In this document: in pieces, positions 25,376 through 39,192 of the stretch
Layout of the letters: every line of letters starts with the position of its first letter
How positions within the stretch are numbered: position 1 is the stretch's first letter
Origin: Octopus vulgaris
Taxonomy: Eukaryota
Direction of reading: 5' to 3'
Length of the DNA: 64,000 nt
Assembly: GCA_951406725.2 (NCBI GenBank)
Contig: OX597820.1
Location: 17,484,001-17,548,000, forward strand
Notes under the pieces: generated by a model
Database searches by the model: none
What the model was told of the DNA's origin: nothing
The model's input: only the letters and a program-made list of their open reading frames with translations
Made by a program: the position numbers and the translations under genes

Positions 25376-26481
25376 ACATATGATGAAGAATAATTATGAA
25401 ATGGATTATTTACAATGAATAGAGTGGAGTTGGCTTACGAGCCCGCCAAGCTCGCAGTTTCATTTTTACTGTTCACGTATGCAATTATAATTATCTGGGG
25501 TATTCATCAGTTATGTGCCTCGTCAGCTCCTCCAGCTTCACCACGCTGGGCAAACTGTCGTAACGCACACAGATTTCGCCCCCCCCCCCCACATAACAGT
25601 GTCCGGGAACATCTCTATCAATCTGTCTACGTTTTTCTGACTCCAGCAACACTGCTTTTCGGTCATTACCATACGTTTAAGGATTCAATTTCACTCTTAT
25701 TAGCCTTTTCATTATAGCTGGTCCCTTTTCGATTTCCGTTCCTTTTCCATAGGATGAATGATAATGATACGAGGATGATAAGGATGGGAGAAGACGAAAA
25801 GCGCCCGCCAACTTTTGCTTCTCTAAAACATTGTTCTTTTAAAGTATCCTATCTTACACAGTTCAAAAAAAAAAAAAATAATAAAAGACACACATTAATG
25901 AGGCAATAAACCTCTTACGGAAGCTTTAGGCTCCTAAATATAATGCCGTAATGCGAATTTCGTATTGCAAAACCTATTTTCTATTTAACTTCTGTTTAAC
26001 AAGGAAGTGAACGACCATTATGAAAGTTGCGCCCCAAATGATGTGAGACATTTTACTGCTTGGTTGGGGTTCAAAAGAGCTTAAGGACACTTTCGGAAGT
26101 AGTTGTATTAAAAAGCAGAAGCGGTAATGGGCTGGGCTCTCAGAGTATTACCTAAATCGAGCCCCTTTATTCGTCTGCTGAGGTTTGTTGCCTTTTATTT
26201 TGTTTCTTTTTATGTTTAATTCTTATACTTGTTTCCGTCTACTTACTACACAGCCACTCCTACACCTAATCTTCAATGGAAATGCGGGGGATCACCGTCG
26301 TTAGACAATGGAGACACATTTATGTTATCACCTGACTTACCTGTAAGTCAGATGACGCATAAGGGGCTGCGTATTCCGCAGACACGTGTGTGATCTTAAC
26401 ACTGATTCTCATCCTTTCGGATGTAAAATTATCTTTATTTTTCATATTTTTATTTATATTATTATCAATGTTTTAAATTTA

Positions 26482-26640
26482 AGGCTGTGTGGTAAGAAGC
26501 TTGCTTCCCAACCATATAGTTCCTGGTTCAGTTCCACTGCGTGGCACCTTGGACAAGTGTCTTCTCCTATAACCTGTAACCTCGAGCGGACCAGCGGCTT
26601 GTGCGTGGGTATGATAGACGGAAACTGAAAGAAGTCCGTC

Positions 26641-26694
<54 letters not shown>

Positions 26695-26900
26695 GTATGC
26701 CTCTGTGTGTGTGCGTGTGTATACGTGTGTATACGTATGTATCCCACCACCATCGCTTGACAAACGGTGTTGTGCTTAGGTACTCGTAACTTAGCGGTTC
26801 GGCGAAAGAGACCGATAAGTCCTATGGTCGATTTGTTCGATTAAAACCCTTCAAGGCGGTGCTCCAGCTTGGCCGCAGTCAAATGACTGAAACAAATAAA
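26482..26900 (+). mobile_element. SINE A, near full length
   Basis: Family A arms with an internal (TG)n tract. Confidence 0.85.
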
Positions 26901-27119
26901 TGCTGAGAGATAAAATACTAAAGCTTATTTATTTATTTTATCTATTTTAAATTTTTACTTTTTAATGGCTGTCAAAGAAAAGTTGTGATTTGAAAGATCG
27001 TCGTTTGGGGTTCGGTCCCTTGCGCTGCATTTTGAGCAAGTGTCATCTACTATAATATCCGGACCGTCTAATGCCTCCTGAGTGAATTTGGTAGCTGGAA
27101 AGTGTGTGGAAGCTCATGG

Positions 27120-27288
27120 TAGATAGACAGGCAGACAGATAGATAGATAGATAGATAGATAGACAGAGAGAGAGGGAGAAATATATATATAAAGTGAGAT
27201 AGATAGTGACAGACAGACGGACAGATAGATAGATAAATAGATTGATTAACAGACAGACAGACAAACTGACAGATAGATTTACAGACAC

Positions 27289-27325
<37 letters not shown>

Positions 27326-27326
27326 C

Positions 27327-27386
<60 letters not shown>

Positions 27387-27396
27387 TGACAGACAC

Positions 27397-27450
<54 letters not shown>

Positions 27451-27460
27451 TGACAGACAC

Positions 27461-27496
<36 letters not shown>

Positions 27497-27506
27497 ACAG
27501 ATAGAT
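27120..27506. repeat. (GATA)n/(GACA)n microsatellite
   Basis: Directly visible. Confidence 0.95.
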
Positions 27507-28297
27507 AATGTTTGTACGTAGTGAACAGAAACTCGCTACGAAGCGAATGGACTGCAGAAGAAATCTTCAGTGTAAGAAATCTCGTCATGCAAGCGTTTCG
27601 TCCGTTACTGCCTGACACTGTAAGGCAGTCGGGTTCACCTGTATGTATATATATATATATGTCTTCATCAGCATTCCGGACAAGATGCTTAGCAGCATTT
27701 CTTCCAGTTCTGTACGTTCTGAGTTCAAATTCCGCTGGGGCCGACTTTGTCTTTCAACTTATCGGAGTTGATAAAATAAGTATATATTTAGCACAGCAAT
27801 CAGTGTAATCGACTAAGCCCTTCCCTCAAAATTTTAGGCCTTATGCCTATAGAAGAATCAATTATTCTCCTATTCATTAAAGTTGACAGAATCGATAGCT
27901 AGTCGGAGAAAAACGATTCGCAACATTTTTCTGATTCTTCACCTATCATCTCAGATTCTCCGAGGTGGACTTTGCTTTCTGTCCTGTCGTCATCGATAAA
28001 AATAAGTACCAGATTAACACTAGGACAAATTTAATCGACTTAACCTCTCCACTAAAACCGCTGAATGGCAAGCCATTAGTTTATCACTCAAGAAGGCATT
28101 AAGTTGAAATTAAGCTTAGGAGTAACTCTTTTACAGTTTCCGGCTCTCTGCATTCTGAGTTCAAGTCCATCCAATAAAATAAAGGGCTAGTCACGTGATG
28201 GTGTTGGTGTTATAAACTAGCCCCTTTCCCTCAAAATGGCTGACCTTGGGCCGAGGCAGAAGTGTTTTTTAGCATCCATTTAATTTCTTTATACAAT

Positions 28298-28890
28298 TAT
28301 TTCTTTATTGCCCACAGGGTGCTAAACATAGAGGGGACAAACAAGGACAGACAAACGGATTAAATGATTTCATCGACACCAGTGCGTAACTGGTACTTTA
28401 ATCGGCCCTGAAAGGATTAAAGGCAAGGTCAAACTCGGCGGAATTTGAACTCAGAACGTAGTAGCAGACGAAATACCTATTTCTTTACTATCCAAAAGGG
28501 GCTAAACACAGAGAGAACAAACAAGGACAGACAAACCGATTAAGTCGATTATATTGACCCAGTGCGTAACTGGTAGTTATTTAATCGAACCGGAAAGGAT
28601 GAAAGGAAAAGGCGACCTCGGCGGAATTTGAACTCAGAACGTAGCGGCAGACGAAATAACTATTTCTTTACTACCCACAAGGGGCTAAACACTGAGGAGA
28701 CTAACAAGGACAGACAAATGGATTAAGTCGATTACATCGACCCAGTGCGTAACTGGTACTTATTTAATCGACCCCGAAATGATGAAAGGCAAAGTCGACC
28801 TCGGCGGTATTTGAACTCAGAACGTAGCGGCAGACGAAATACTACGAAGCATTTCGCCCGGCGTGCTAACGTTTCTGCCAGCTCGCCGCC
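28298..28890 (-). mobile_element. SINE B trimer (one head, three ~180-bp tail units)
   Basis: Units joined at GAAATAC|CTATTTCTTTA-type junctions. Flanking repeat TTTATACAAT. Several older + strand B copies lie at 27675-28260. Confidence 0.85.
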
Positions 28891-29579
28891 TTCCTTTATA
28901 CAATCATTGCTATAGTTAACCTGCAAATTATCCTCTAACTTTCTCACGTTTATCATGCAAGACATGCTTAACAAATGGGAAGTATATATTCATTCTCTCG
29001 CCATCTCCTATATTCACTTGTTATTACTTTTATCCAGTTATGCTCCAGTGTGAAGATGCGTGTACACGCAGAAAAATCTAACGACCGATAGATTCAACCA
29101 GCATATAAGATGGCTCTTCTTTTCAAACAGTTAACGCCATTGTTACATTCTTTCATCGTAGTGTTGCGGTAAATTCTCGATAAAACTTATGAATGACACT
29201 AGTTTCCGTTCTCAGTTGAAATAATTCATTTGTGTTTCGTCGTAAGTTCTAGTGAAATCAGTAACTAGGACAGCAATGACAAACCATTTTATCTTGGTAT
29301 ATTTGATTATTTTTTTTAGTCCTCTATATCGGATTTTTTTTTCAAAAATCATTGGAATGTCGCAGGTATTCTAGTTTTCAAAATATAGATAAATGGCTTT
29401 TTTTATTAATATATTTTTAAACTATTGGTTTAATAGAATATTACTTGAAATTTCAAAATACACTTAGAAAAATAGGTGGAAATGAAAAAACGCTACCGTG
29501 AGATTAATCATTTGTTTTGCTGAGTTTTAAGGGAGGGATATAGAGAGCGCATTTTTAATATGGCACGGGCAGGACTCAG

Positions 29580-29830
29580 TGAAGGCGTATTGTCTAGTGG
29601 TTAGGGTGTTGCACTCACGATCGGAAGATTGTGGTTTCAATTCTCGGACTGGGTAGTGCGTTGTGTTCTTCAATAAAATGCTTTACTTCACATTTCTCCA
29701 CTCCACTCAGCTATATATAAGTTACTCTGCATTGGACTGGCGTCCAGTCCAGGAGAAGTGTTGTGATCTTGGTCAGTTATACGCCATGAAAATCGCGTAA
29801 ATGACCCTATGGCTCCTCAGGCTCCAGACA
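29580..29830 (+). mobile_element. SINE family C (tRNA-Arg-like head), diverged
   Basis: TCTAGTGGTTAGGG A-box, GGTTTCAATTC B-box, TGTGTTCTT..AAAA.ACTT segment, GGACTGGCGTCCAGTCCAGG. Homologous to 43803-44050 and 50788-51022. Confidence 0.75.
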
Positions 29831-29974
29831 GTAATATAGAAGGGATGATGAAGATGATGACAGGCAGAACTCAAATCATTACATATATCATATTTAATGT
29901 TGTTGTATTTCGGGATGGTCATTTAATTAATTAATTTATTATTTATTTATTTTCCATGGTGATCACAATATTTC

Positions 29975-31030
29975 ACATGAACATACTGAAGAGAAATTCT
30001 CAGCAGTGTTTTGGCAAGAATTTCAAAGCACCAGGATTTTCACGAATGCAATTCCACAACCGCAGAAATAAGCAATCTGGAAATTCATTCACAATTACTT
30101 CAGGATCATCTTTAATTTTAATTTTTTTTCTAAATCGATACCAATTATAATGAGTCTTTGCTTCCAAAGTGGAAATAGACTAATTCCATTTATAAGTCTT
30201 TTACGTCTAACCATTCAAACGCATCTAATTCTACATCCTTGAAATCTGCTACATCAGTATATTTTCTTAAGTGAAGTATTTTCTCTAGCTCTATAATACA
30301 CAAATCTACAAGACAACTACTCGGTCATGGCCCTGAGAACGTTTATGAACTACTTTGCGTGTTGTTTAAGATTTTCACAGTTGGTTTCTTCGAGATATTT
30401 GTTCGCCTTTGGGAGGTGCTTGAAACTTTTGTATTCTAAACCACGTTGAAATGCCACGTTTACTCTCGAAACTCGATCAAACTAAACATCACGTCAATAC
30501 ATTTCGTAAAACATTGAAGTTTAATACAATTCTCATTAAGATACAATGAAAAGTCCGTGTAAAATATAAAATTATAGAGGTAAGTAAAATCATTCAACTG
30601 AGAAACATCATACTCCAGATTTTTCGAATCTAAAAGTAGACTAATTTCACTTAAACGGTCAACAAACCGTTCAACCGCCGTGTATTATTGTACGTAATGA
30701 AACTAATGTAAAATCTCCAACTTCATTTAAAAGTAAATTAAATTCTCGTGTATACCAAGCCCTGGCAGCGTTTAAATTCACTATGTTTGTGTTATCACTC
30801 ACCACATGATTGAAATCTTTAAAATCTAATTGGGGAAAATATTTCCTGTTGTATAATACAATTGAATCAAGAGTAACTACTAGTTTTGTAATTTTCTTTA
30901 CATAACCAAACTTTGTGTCGACCAAATTAAGGGTGCCATCAGTTAGAATCGTTGATATTCTTGACAAATTTAAATGTCTTTCACGTAATATTCTAACAAC
31001 AAAGTTCATTATATCTTTTCTTGGTGCGAC
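29975..31030 (-). mobile_element. hAT (Charlie/GTF2IRD2-like) transposase relic
   Basis: ILTDGTLNLVDTKFGYVK (TDG motif), NIVNLNAARAWYTREFNLLLNEV, ERFVDRLSEISLLL, FYTDFSLYLNENCIKLQ and FEWLDVKDL*MELV appear in the expected order with stops and frameshifts. Confidence 0.8.
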
Positions 31031-31054
31031 AAACTCTTCAACTAAGCCATAGGT

Positions 31055-31690
31055 AGAGGCATGGTTATGTGGTTAACAAGCTCGCTTTTCAACCACCCGG
31101 TTTCGAGTTTAGTCCCACCGCGTGACACCTAGAGGTATTGTGTAAAAAGGCGGCGAGCTGGCAGAAACGTTAGCACGCCGGGCGAAATGCGTTGCCGTAT
31201 TTCGTCTGCCGTTACGTTCTGAGTTCAAATTCCGCCGAGGTCGACTTTGCCTTTCATCCTTTCGGGGTAATAAATAAAGTACCAGTTACGCACTGGGGTC
31301 GATGTAATCGACTTAATCCCTTTGCCTCTCCTTGTTTGTCCTCTCTGTGTTTAGGCCCTTGTGGGTAGGAAAGAAATAGGTATTGTGTAAAAAAAATAGT
31401 GTCTTCTACTATAGTCCCGGGCTGACCAATGCCTTGTGAGTGAATTTCGTAGACGGAAATCGTCTGGAGGCCCGTCCGTTGTGTATGTATATTTGTGTCT
31501 GTTTGTCACACAGCTGGCGTTGGTTAGTTTAAGTCCCTGTAATGTAGCAGTTGGGCAAAGAGAAAAATAAAAAAATTTGTGCCAGACTTTAAAAAATAAC
31601 AAGTATTGTGAATGATTAGTTTGATTAAAATACTTTTGAAGTTGGTACCCAGCTTGGCCGCTATCCAATCACGGAAACCAGTACAACAAA
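31055..31690 (+). mobile_element. Old SINE A interrupted by a young SINE B (31149-31377)
   Basis: 16-bp TSD AGGTATTGTGTAAAAA at 31133-31148 and 31378-31393. Confidence 0.85.
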
Positions 31691-31853
31691 ACGATAGAAG
31701 ATAACTCATGACATCATAACAAATATACAATTCGTATGTTTTATTTTACGTGTTTTAAATTTCATTTTCTAAGTTAACAATATGTTTCATAAATCCGTTT
31801 TATTAATATCCAATTCATACGTTTCAAAATAAAGTTCTTCTCATGAAAGGAGA

Positions 31854-32059
31854 ACAGTGAACTTGCCGTAAGGAGTGGAACATCCAACGTTTCGAAAAGT
31901 GTACGTCTTCAGGGAAAACTTTGAAAGGAGAGAAATAAATGAGAGATTGCTTTACATCTTCTGTTGTCTCTCATTGATCTCTCTCCAATCAATGTTTCTC
32001 CCGAAGAAGAGCAGCGTCTGAAATGTTGGATTTTTCACTCCTTACAGCAAATTCTCTGT
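31854..32059. repeat. Old diverged inverted repeat (~90-bp arms) with hammerhead-like cores
   Basis: Arms 31854-31946 and 31967-32059 are recognisably complementary. The left arm on the minus strand reads CCCTGAAGA...CGAAACGTTGGA. The right arm reads CCGAAGAAGAGC..TGAAATGTTGGA. Confidence 0.7.
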
Positions 32060-32160
32060 ACACTTTATCGATTTTGCTATATAAGACTTGCCAACACCAG
32101 CTTCTGTTGAGTTTGTTTCATTTTATTATGAAAGACATCAATAAAAAATGTACATTTTTA

Positions 32161-32835
32161 GACGCAGGAATGGCTGTGTAGTAGTAAGCTTGTTACCACA
32201 TAATTGTGTGTTTAAAAAAAAAAACATGTTAAGTAAGAGGTTTTAGTGGCTCCTTCTTGCAAGAGGTTTGAAACCTTATATTGACTTTTAAAAAAAGAAA
32301 ATATGTTTTCAAGAAAAATCCAATCGGCAAGTGTTGGGTTTCGTCTCTTATTTATTCATTTTATTTCATTTTCATTCATTAATGTGTTTGTCCAGCCCGC
32401 AAAGCTACTCAATCTTTGTACTGTCTTCATGACAAATTTAATGAAATAAAGTAACTTGCTTACCAACCACATGGTTCCGGGTTCAGTCCCCCTGTGTGGC
32501 ACCTTGGGCAAGTATCTTCTACTATAGCCTTGGGCCGACCAAAGCCTTGTGAGTGAATTTAGTAGATAGAAACTGAAAGAAGTTCGTCATACATATATGT
32601 GTGTGTGTGTGTGTGTGTTTGTGTGTTTCTGTGCGTGTTTGTGTGTCTGTGTTTGTCTCCCTACTATCGCTTGACAACCAATGTTGGTGTGTTTATGTCT
32701 CCGTAACCTAGCGGTTCGGTAAAAGGAACCGATATAATAAGTACTAGGCTTACAAAAAATAAGTCGTGGGGTCGATTTGTTCGACTAAAGGCGGTGCTCC
32801 AGCATAGCCGCAGCTAAATGGCTGAAATGAATAAA
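32161..32835 (+). mobile_element. SINE A split by a ~250-bp insert (32199-32449) ending in a Tx1-like tail
   Basis: Head at 32161-32198 and remainder from 32450. The insert ends ATGACAAATTTAATGAAATAAA. Confidence 0.65.
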
Positions 32836-33187
32836 CGAAATTTAGCAAAAGCTTTTTTAATAAACTCGCTAACAAATAGTGATTTTTAATAAAGTGTAGC
32901 ATGCTATATACGATAAGTTAGTCAATGGGGAGGTGCTGCAAATAATTGTAATAAGTTCCCTGGTTGTGTGTTTTCCAATTTAGCTTTTGCGTGTTGTGAT
33001 ATACACGCATACGTCAACTTAAAACGTTTCTTCAAGATACATCTTTTTAACCTTGTTTTGTATTTTAAAGAAATAAACGTCAGCTTCAGTCGATTTATGC
33101 TATTGTCGGTCTCAGCGAACACATATAAGGCGTAAAATTTTAAAAATTCCCTAAAGGCCAATACTGATGTGGAAAATAAAATAAAAT

Positions 33188-33625
33188 GGATCTTTTCGGT
33201 TTGAACGGCAGTTTTTTTCTAGCGGTATCATATGAAATTGTCACCTATAATTATGACCCTAAAATCGATCTATTGCATTTCAATCTGTTTTAGGGTTATG
33301 GTTTGTTAGGGTTCGCGTTAGGGGTGGGGGGAAGGGTATCTTTTTTTTCTTCACAAATGTAAATAAACCCAATCTGTTTCTTAAGCGAGGGACATATTCA
33401 TACGGTACAGAATGTTTTTTACCTCAATAGACGTCATTGATTGGTTGAAATTGCAGAAATTAAAGAAAAAAACAACAACAAATATCTTACAAACCATAGA
33501 ATTTTCTCAATAAAGCCAAGAGAAAAAGATGTTTTATAAACACATTCTAACAGTATACGAAGTTTAAAAGTGTTCAGTTACTTGGAAATTATTTTTAAAA
33601 ACTGCCGTTCAAATCGAAAAGATCC
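33188..33625. mobile_element. MITE, Merlin-like (GG termini, 8-bp TSD)
   Basis: TIRs GGATCTTTTCGGTTTGAACGGCAGTTTTT / AAAAACTGCCGTTCAAATCGAAAAGATCC. TSD AATAAAAT at 33180-33187 and 33626-33633. Confidence 0.85.
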
Positions 33626-35232
33626 AATAAAATACACGTGAAAGTGTGTACACACCACTTATTAAAACATGGTCTAATGCACCTGTTTTTAATGATTTTT
33701 CGTGTTACGTCGTTTTTTGTTTTTTTGTTAAGTTCCATGTCTGGAACCAGTTACGGATGTAAGGTGAAGTATGCCGAGATATATTCTTTGCAGGTCTTCG
33801 AAAGGTTTTTTAAAAAGTGTTTGGTATTTAGTGTCAAAAAATCACGTTCAACTCTCATGTAGCTCTTCTCACATTATACGAAGAGCTGCATCACGGTTAC
33901 ACAATTATAAACAACGCCATATTGTTTAGTTCACCAGTCTCGGAATATTGTCTGCTTCCATTTTGTGTTAATTTAGTATGTTTTTTTTTTAAATTCTGTT
34001 AATAATTGATGTCTTTACGACTGTGTTCAGAAGATTAGTACGAAAGAATTAAAGACAAAGAGTTATAAACCATACATTAGCTACATTATGTTTAAACTTG
34101 CACGATCGGCTAATAAAGATTTGCTTGCTCACTGGTTTATTTCTACGACATTTTATTAATGGCCTGTAATACAATCTGCTCCATAATGGGTTATCACTAA
34201 TAAATACAAAATTTTTGGATGGAAACGTTAAATCTTTAAAATGTTTTTGTCACACTTAACAAAATTTTTATAGCATAATATCTCTGAGCTCTATTCCATT
34301 GATTCGCCCACTTCTCGCATTCTGAAAAATCATTAAAACCTTCCATTATTAAATATACACAACAATACTAAACATATGTTATATTTCGTACGTAAACATA
34401 CGTTTTTCTATATTCCCCCAAATATGTTGATACTGCATTGTATCTGTTATTCAATATCATTTAAATATGTTCATATTTTTATTTGTATTGTAGAAAGAAA
34501 TTTATGGCTAAATATTACTAATGTTTGTTTTTCCGACAGTTGAAAAACCAAAATAAAACAAGCCATCACACAAACATTTCAAATAAATAATTTCAGATAA
34601 ATCTCACCATATATTTTACTGTGTATGAACTCCCGTATATGATGTTAAAGATCAAAGAATCTTGTTTAAGTTTATAAACATTTATATTCTTGCAAAGTCT
34701 ATGATTTCTACATTTCTCTATCGATATATTTTTCTCTATGGTTATTCCTAAATAATTGTTTTATCCTTCTTTAACTACATTTATTTGATATCCTTGTCTG
34801 TATATACGTGAGAGTGTTTGAGCTTTTATATGTGTCAAATATATGAACGATAAAATCTGAACGTTTTATTCAGTATTTGCCTCTACCGAAGAGTTATATC
34901 CTCAACCATAAAGAATGAGTAGTTATATATATATGAAAATAATGGAGACGAGTAAAGTCGTTTTATTTTGAAACCAATTGCTTGAAATAAAATCTGCAGT
35001 CTAATACGAATATCCATGCAAGGTGTAGCATGATTTATTTGAAATGATATTCAGGCAAACATTCAATGTGTAAGTATGTATGTATTTGCATCTGTACATA
35101 TTTACACACACACACACATATATATATATATAATACATATAATATATTTGTATGAACATATACACAAATATGTGTATGTTTATATATTACACACGCACAT
35201 AATACATTTGTATGAACATATACACACGTGTA

Positions 35233-35410
35233 TACTCTTTTACTTGTTTCAGTCATTTGACTGCGGCTATGCTGGAGCACCGCCTTTAGTCGACCAAATC
35301 GACCCCAGGACTTATTCTTTGTAAGCCTAGTACTTATTCTATCGGTCCGTTTTGCCGGTTGTCAAGCAATGTTGGGAGGACAAACACAGACACACAAACA
35401 CAGACACATA
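35233..35410 (-). mobile_element. SINE A right arm with internal deletion
   Basis: Family A tail sequence. Confidence 0.8.
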
Positions 35411-36476
35411 TATATTATAAACATATATATATGCATTTGTGTGCACACATATTCTTCAAACTGTTATAATATGCAAGTAAACAACGAAATTGGCTGGAAG
35501 GAATCAATACATGTGCCGAGTGTAAGAGAGAGAGAGAGAAGAATACCTTCCGTTACTAAATATTTATGGAGCCCTTCTCCTCATTACTAGTGAGTGAACA
35601 ACCTCCAGCCTATTGTGATTACATAAAAGTTAATTGTCAAATTGCAATTAAAGGTGATACTGTCAATTGTATCAATCCCCATGGATGGTTACGTCCTCAA
35701 CCCCTGCTTTCGAAAGAACTGATGAGAACAAGATCTTGTAGAAAGACTTTTGAAATTGTTTCACGCATTTCCAGACTCTCTCTTTCTCTCTCTTTCTCTA
35801 TCTTTTCCTCTCGCATTAACAATCTTGAGAATTTTTCATAATATATATATATATATATATAAAGAAATAAATAGAGAGAAAGAAATAGAAATATAAAGAC
35901 AGACAGACAGAGAAAAAGAAGTGATAGATCAGCAAAATAGAGAAAGGAGGTAGCTGTATGTATATCCAACATGAAAACCGATGTGGATGTAAAGTGTAAG
36001 TGAGACAGAGTGGATCTTCCGCATCAATCGATCCGTTAGATAGACAGGAAATTATGAAAATATTCAAGATCCGTTCCTGTCAATTTTTTTATTTCTTTTA
36101 TCGACCGTAAATTAGTATTGGTAATGGCTGTTAATGGTGCGGTGATTATTTTATTAAGCCAATTAATAATTCATTACGCATTTACTTGTTTAGTGTTGTT
36201 TGATATTTACATAATTTATTTCATATGGATTTTTATATCGTTGACTTTTACCTTTCGTTTTATTTTCTTTCCCTTCTTTTTCCAGTTTTTTTATTAGTTT
36301 TTTATGACACCTATTTTATTTATTTCTTGTAGTTTTATCTCGTGTATTTAAAGGGACACCTACGGTGTTGCTGTCAAGAGGCATCGAACTTGGCATGTCA
36401 CGTCTATCAACGTACTTCCATTGCTCCTCCTGGTCCACCTCCGCCACATACTTCATAGTACGACAATTTCTACAAT

Positions 36477-36683
36477 TGGTGGTGGTTGTGGGGACGGCAA
36501 ATGTAGTGGTGGTGGTGGTAGTAGTAGTGGTGGTGGTAGTAGTTGTAGTGGTGGTGGTAGTAGTAGTAGTTGTAGTGGTGGTGGTAGCAGTGGTAGTAGT
36601 TGTAGTGGTGGTGGTAGCAGTGGTAGTAGTTGTAGTGGTGGTGGTAGCAGTGGTAGTAGTAGTAGTAGTAGTTGTTGTTGTTG
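36477..36683. repeat. (GTA/GGT) trinucleotide repeat with a 24-bp higher-order unit
   Basis: GTAGTTGTAGTGGTGGTGGTAGCAGTG-type units are visible. Confidence 0.9.
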
Positions 36684-36699
36684 TTCACGAAATAATATA

Positions 36700-36940
36700 C
36701 TCCTTTCTGCTGTAGGCACAAGGCCTGAAATTTTGAGGTGAGGTGCTAAGTCAATTACAACGACTCCAATACATAACTGGTACTTATTTTATCGGCCTCG
36801 AAATAATGAACGGCAAGGTCGACATCGACGGCAGAATTTTAACTCAGAACGCAAAGACGGACGAAATACCGCTAAACATTTTGTCCGCGATCCTCCGACC
36901 GCGAGTCCGCTGCCCTAACCACTCGACCATTGCGCCTCCA
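36700..36940 (-). mobile_element. SINE B fragment joined to a family C tRNA-like head (36886-36940)
   Basis: CGCGATCCTCCGACCGCGAGTCC.CTGCC.TAACCA matches 56907-56941. Confidence 0.7.
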
Positions 36941-37348
36941 CACTACTACTACTTTAAAAAAAACTATTACATTAAAAAAGAAACTATTATATAAATAAAA
37001 CTATTACAGTAATGAAGAAGCGTTAGCCAAAACAAATAATAAATAAAATGTCTGCCGTAGTGTTTCCTATCAAGATCGCTTGCAATTATTTGCGCTAATT
37101 TCCTGCTAATTTCATCAACGGTTTCTTCGTAGCTACAGCGTAGTTTGTTGTCTTTATAATGTTCGCCTATATTTTATTGTTTTCATAACTTAATTGAAAT
37201 ATTTTAAATATTAATAGCTATGTACTCTTAGACGTGTTGTATCTGAAACAAAAACAAAAAATAGAAATAACAGATCGAATGGCCACGGCTAGAGTGGCTT
37301 TTATCATAGACTTCGTTATGTCGAGACCCTCTTTCTCACTGATTCATA

Positions 37349-38060
37349 TACTCTTTTACTCTTTTACTTGTTTCAGTCATTTGACTGCGGCCAGGCTGGA
37401 GCACCGCCTTTAGCCGAACAAATCGACCCCAGTACTTATTCTTTATAAGCCTAGTACTTATTCTATCGGTCTGTTTTGCCGAACCGCTAAGTTACGGGGA
37501 CGTAAACACGTCAGCATCGGTTGTCAAGCGATGTTGGGGAGACAAACACAGACACAGAAACACACACAAATATATATACATATACATATACACGACGGGC
37601 TTCTTTCAGTTTCCGTCTACCAAATCCACTCACAAGGCTTTGGTCGGCCCGAGACTATAGTAGAAGACACTTGCACAAGGTACCATGCAGTGGGACTGAA
37701 CCCGGAACTATGTGGTTGGTAAGCAAGCTACTTACCACACAGCCATTCCTGCGCCTGTTTCAGTTTTCTTCTTTTTTTAGGAAGTTAGACATAAACCTCT
37801 TTGGTTTTAAACTTGCTTCGTTTAGCAACCATGAGGCTTTGCGTACAGTTCCACTGCGCTGCATCTTGAGCAAGCGTCTTTTACTATAGCCTTGGGTCGA
37901 CAAGTACCTTGTGAATAAATTTCGATGGTGGAATCTATGTTGAAACTTGTCGTATATTTGTGTGTTTGTGTTTGTACTCGCCATCACTTGACAAATGGTG
38001 TTGGTATGTTTACATTCAAGTAACAAAGCAGTTTGGCAAAAGAGACGGTTAAGTCGATAA
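37349..38060. mobile_element. SINE A full copy (37349-37756, minus) and degenerate copy (37810-38060, plus)
   Basis: Family A sequence, head to head. Confidence 0.85.
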
Positions 38061-39144
38061 GGAAAAAACATACGAGAAAGAGAAACATTAGAATGATAAT
38101 GATTTTAGTGTAGGAAATCATATGTGAATGTATGCTATTTGTGTGTACATCTACTTATGAAATCGTTGTTATTGTTTAGTCACAATATACTCTGACTGTT
38201 CATAAGCAGGTTATGGAAAAAGCCATTTCCACTTTGAGAATTTCGAATTTTTATAGCAAACACAACACCGCTTGGAGTACATTATGTAAGACAAGGGTGT
38301 GATTTGAGGGATATTTTGCTGCTATTTCTGCAGGTCAAATAACTATATAGCTAAAGCTAAATTGGGAATATCGTCATAGTTTGACAGTCTTAAATTATAT
38401 TTGTGTTGACATTGATAAAAAAAATGTAGAAGAAGCTTATTTCAATGACATTACACACAAATCATCAGAGCATGTCGTTCAACGATGTAAAAGAGTTCAT
38501 TCATTAATCCATTGGGAGGGGAAGGGAAATTTGTTTGCGTTAAATCCTGAGATTACTGAAAGAGTAAAATTCAGTGAGAAATATAAGATTTTATTTTTGA
38601 TTTGAATACGAAAAGCTAAGCGTTTTAAACGTGGAGAAATTAGAGGCTAAAAAGAACCATCAGAATCAAATCATGTATCGTGTATAATATGAATGCGATT
38701 AATGGGTAATAGAATCTGGAAGAGGGGGTTTTAACACTCATTTAACACTAGAACTGAGGATCGAGAATATTTTTTATCAAACGCAATACCTAACTATATT
38801 GTGTACAGAAACAACGGTTTCTAAATAACGTATATTAAAGCCCGCCCACATCAATGCACTCACGACACGCGCACGTATATGCGAATATCTATATGCTTGT
38901 ATATGTTTTAAAATTGCAGTTTATGAATATTTGTTGCACCCGCATGTACACCCTGACGTTCTGACCATCCTGTACAAACTTACACAAGTACTCACACTGT
39001 GTCGAGATATAGTCTACTGACACACATGTATAAAAATATATATACAGGTTTGTGTGTGTGTATCCATAAAAATGAATATATTTATGCATACTGAGGTACA
39101 TATATACGTAATTATACGTACCTGTGTACGTGTATGTATGTATG

Positions 39145-39192
<48 letters not shown>

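Noticed and set aside
27585-27680. Minus-strand CTGATGA...GAAAC hammerhead-like arrangement with an internal hairpin
   Set aside because: The stem II closing bases do not pair, the cleavage position is G, and a microsatellite interrupts it.
35566-35775. Unique stretch with a 91-aa + ORF and faint SLC6-like words on the minus strand
   Set aside because: The resemblance needs frameshifts and reads through stops, there are no convincing splice sites, and the strand is opposite to the candidate exon. Likely over-reading.
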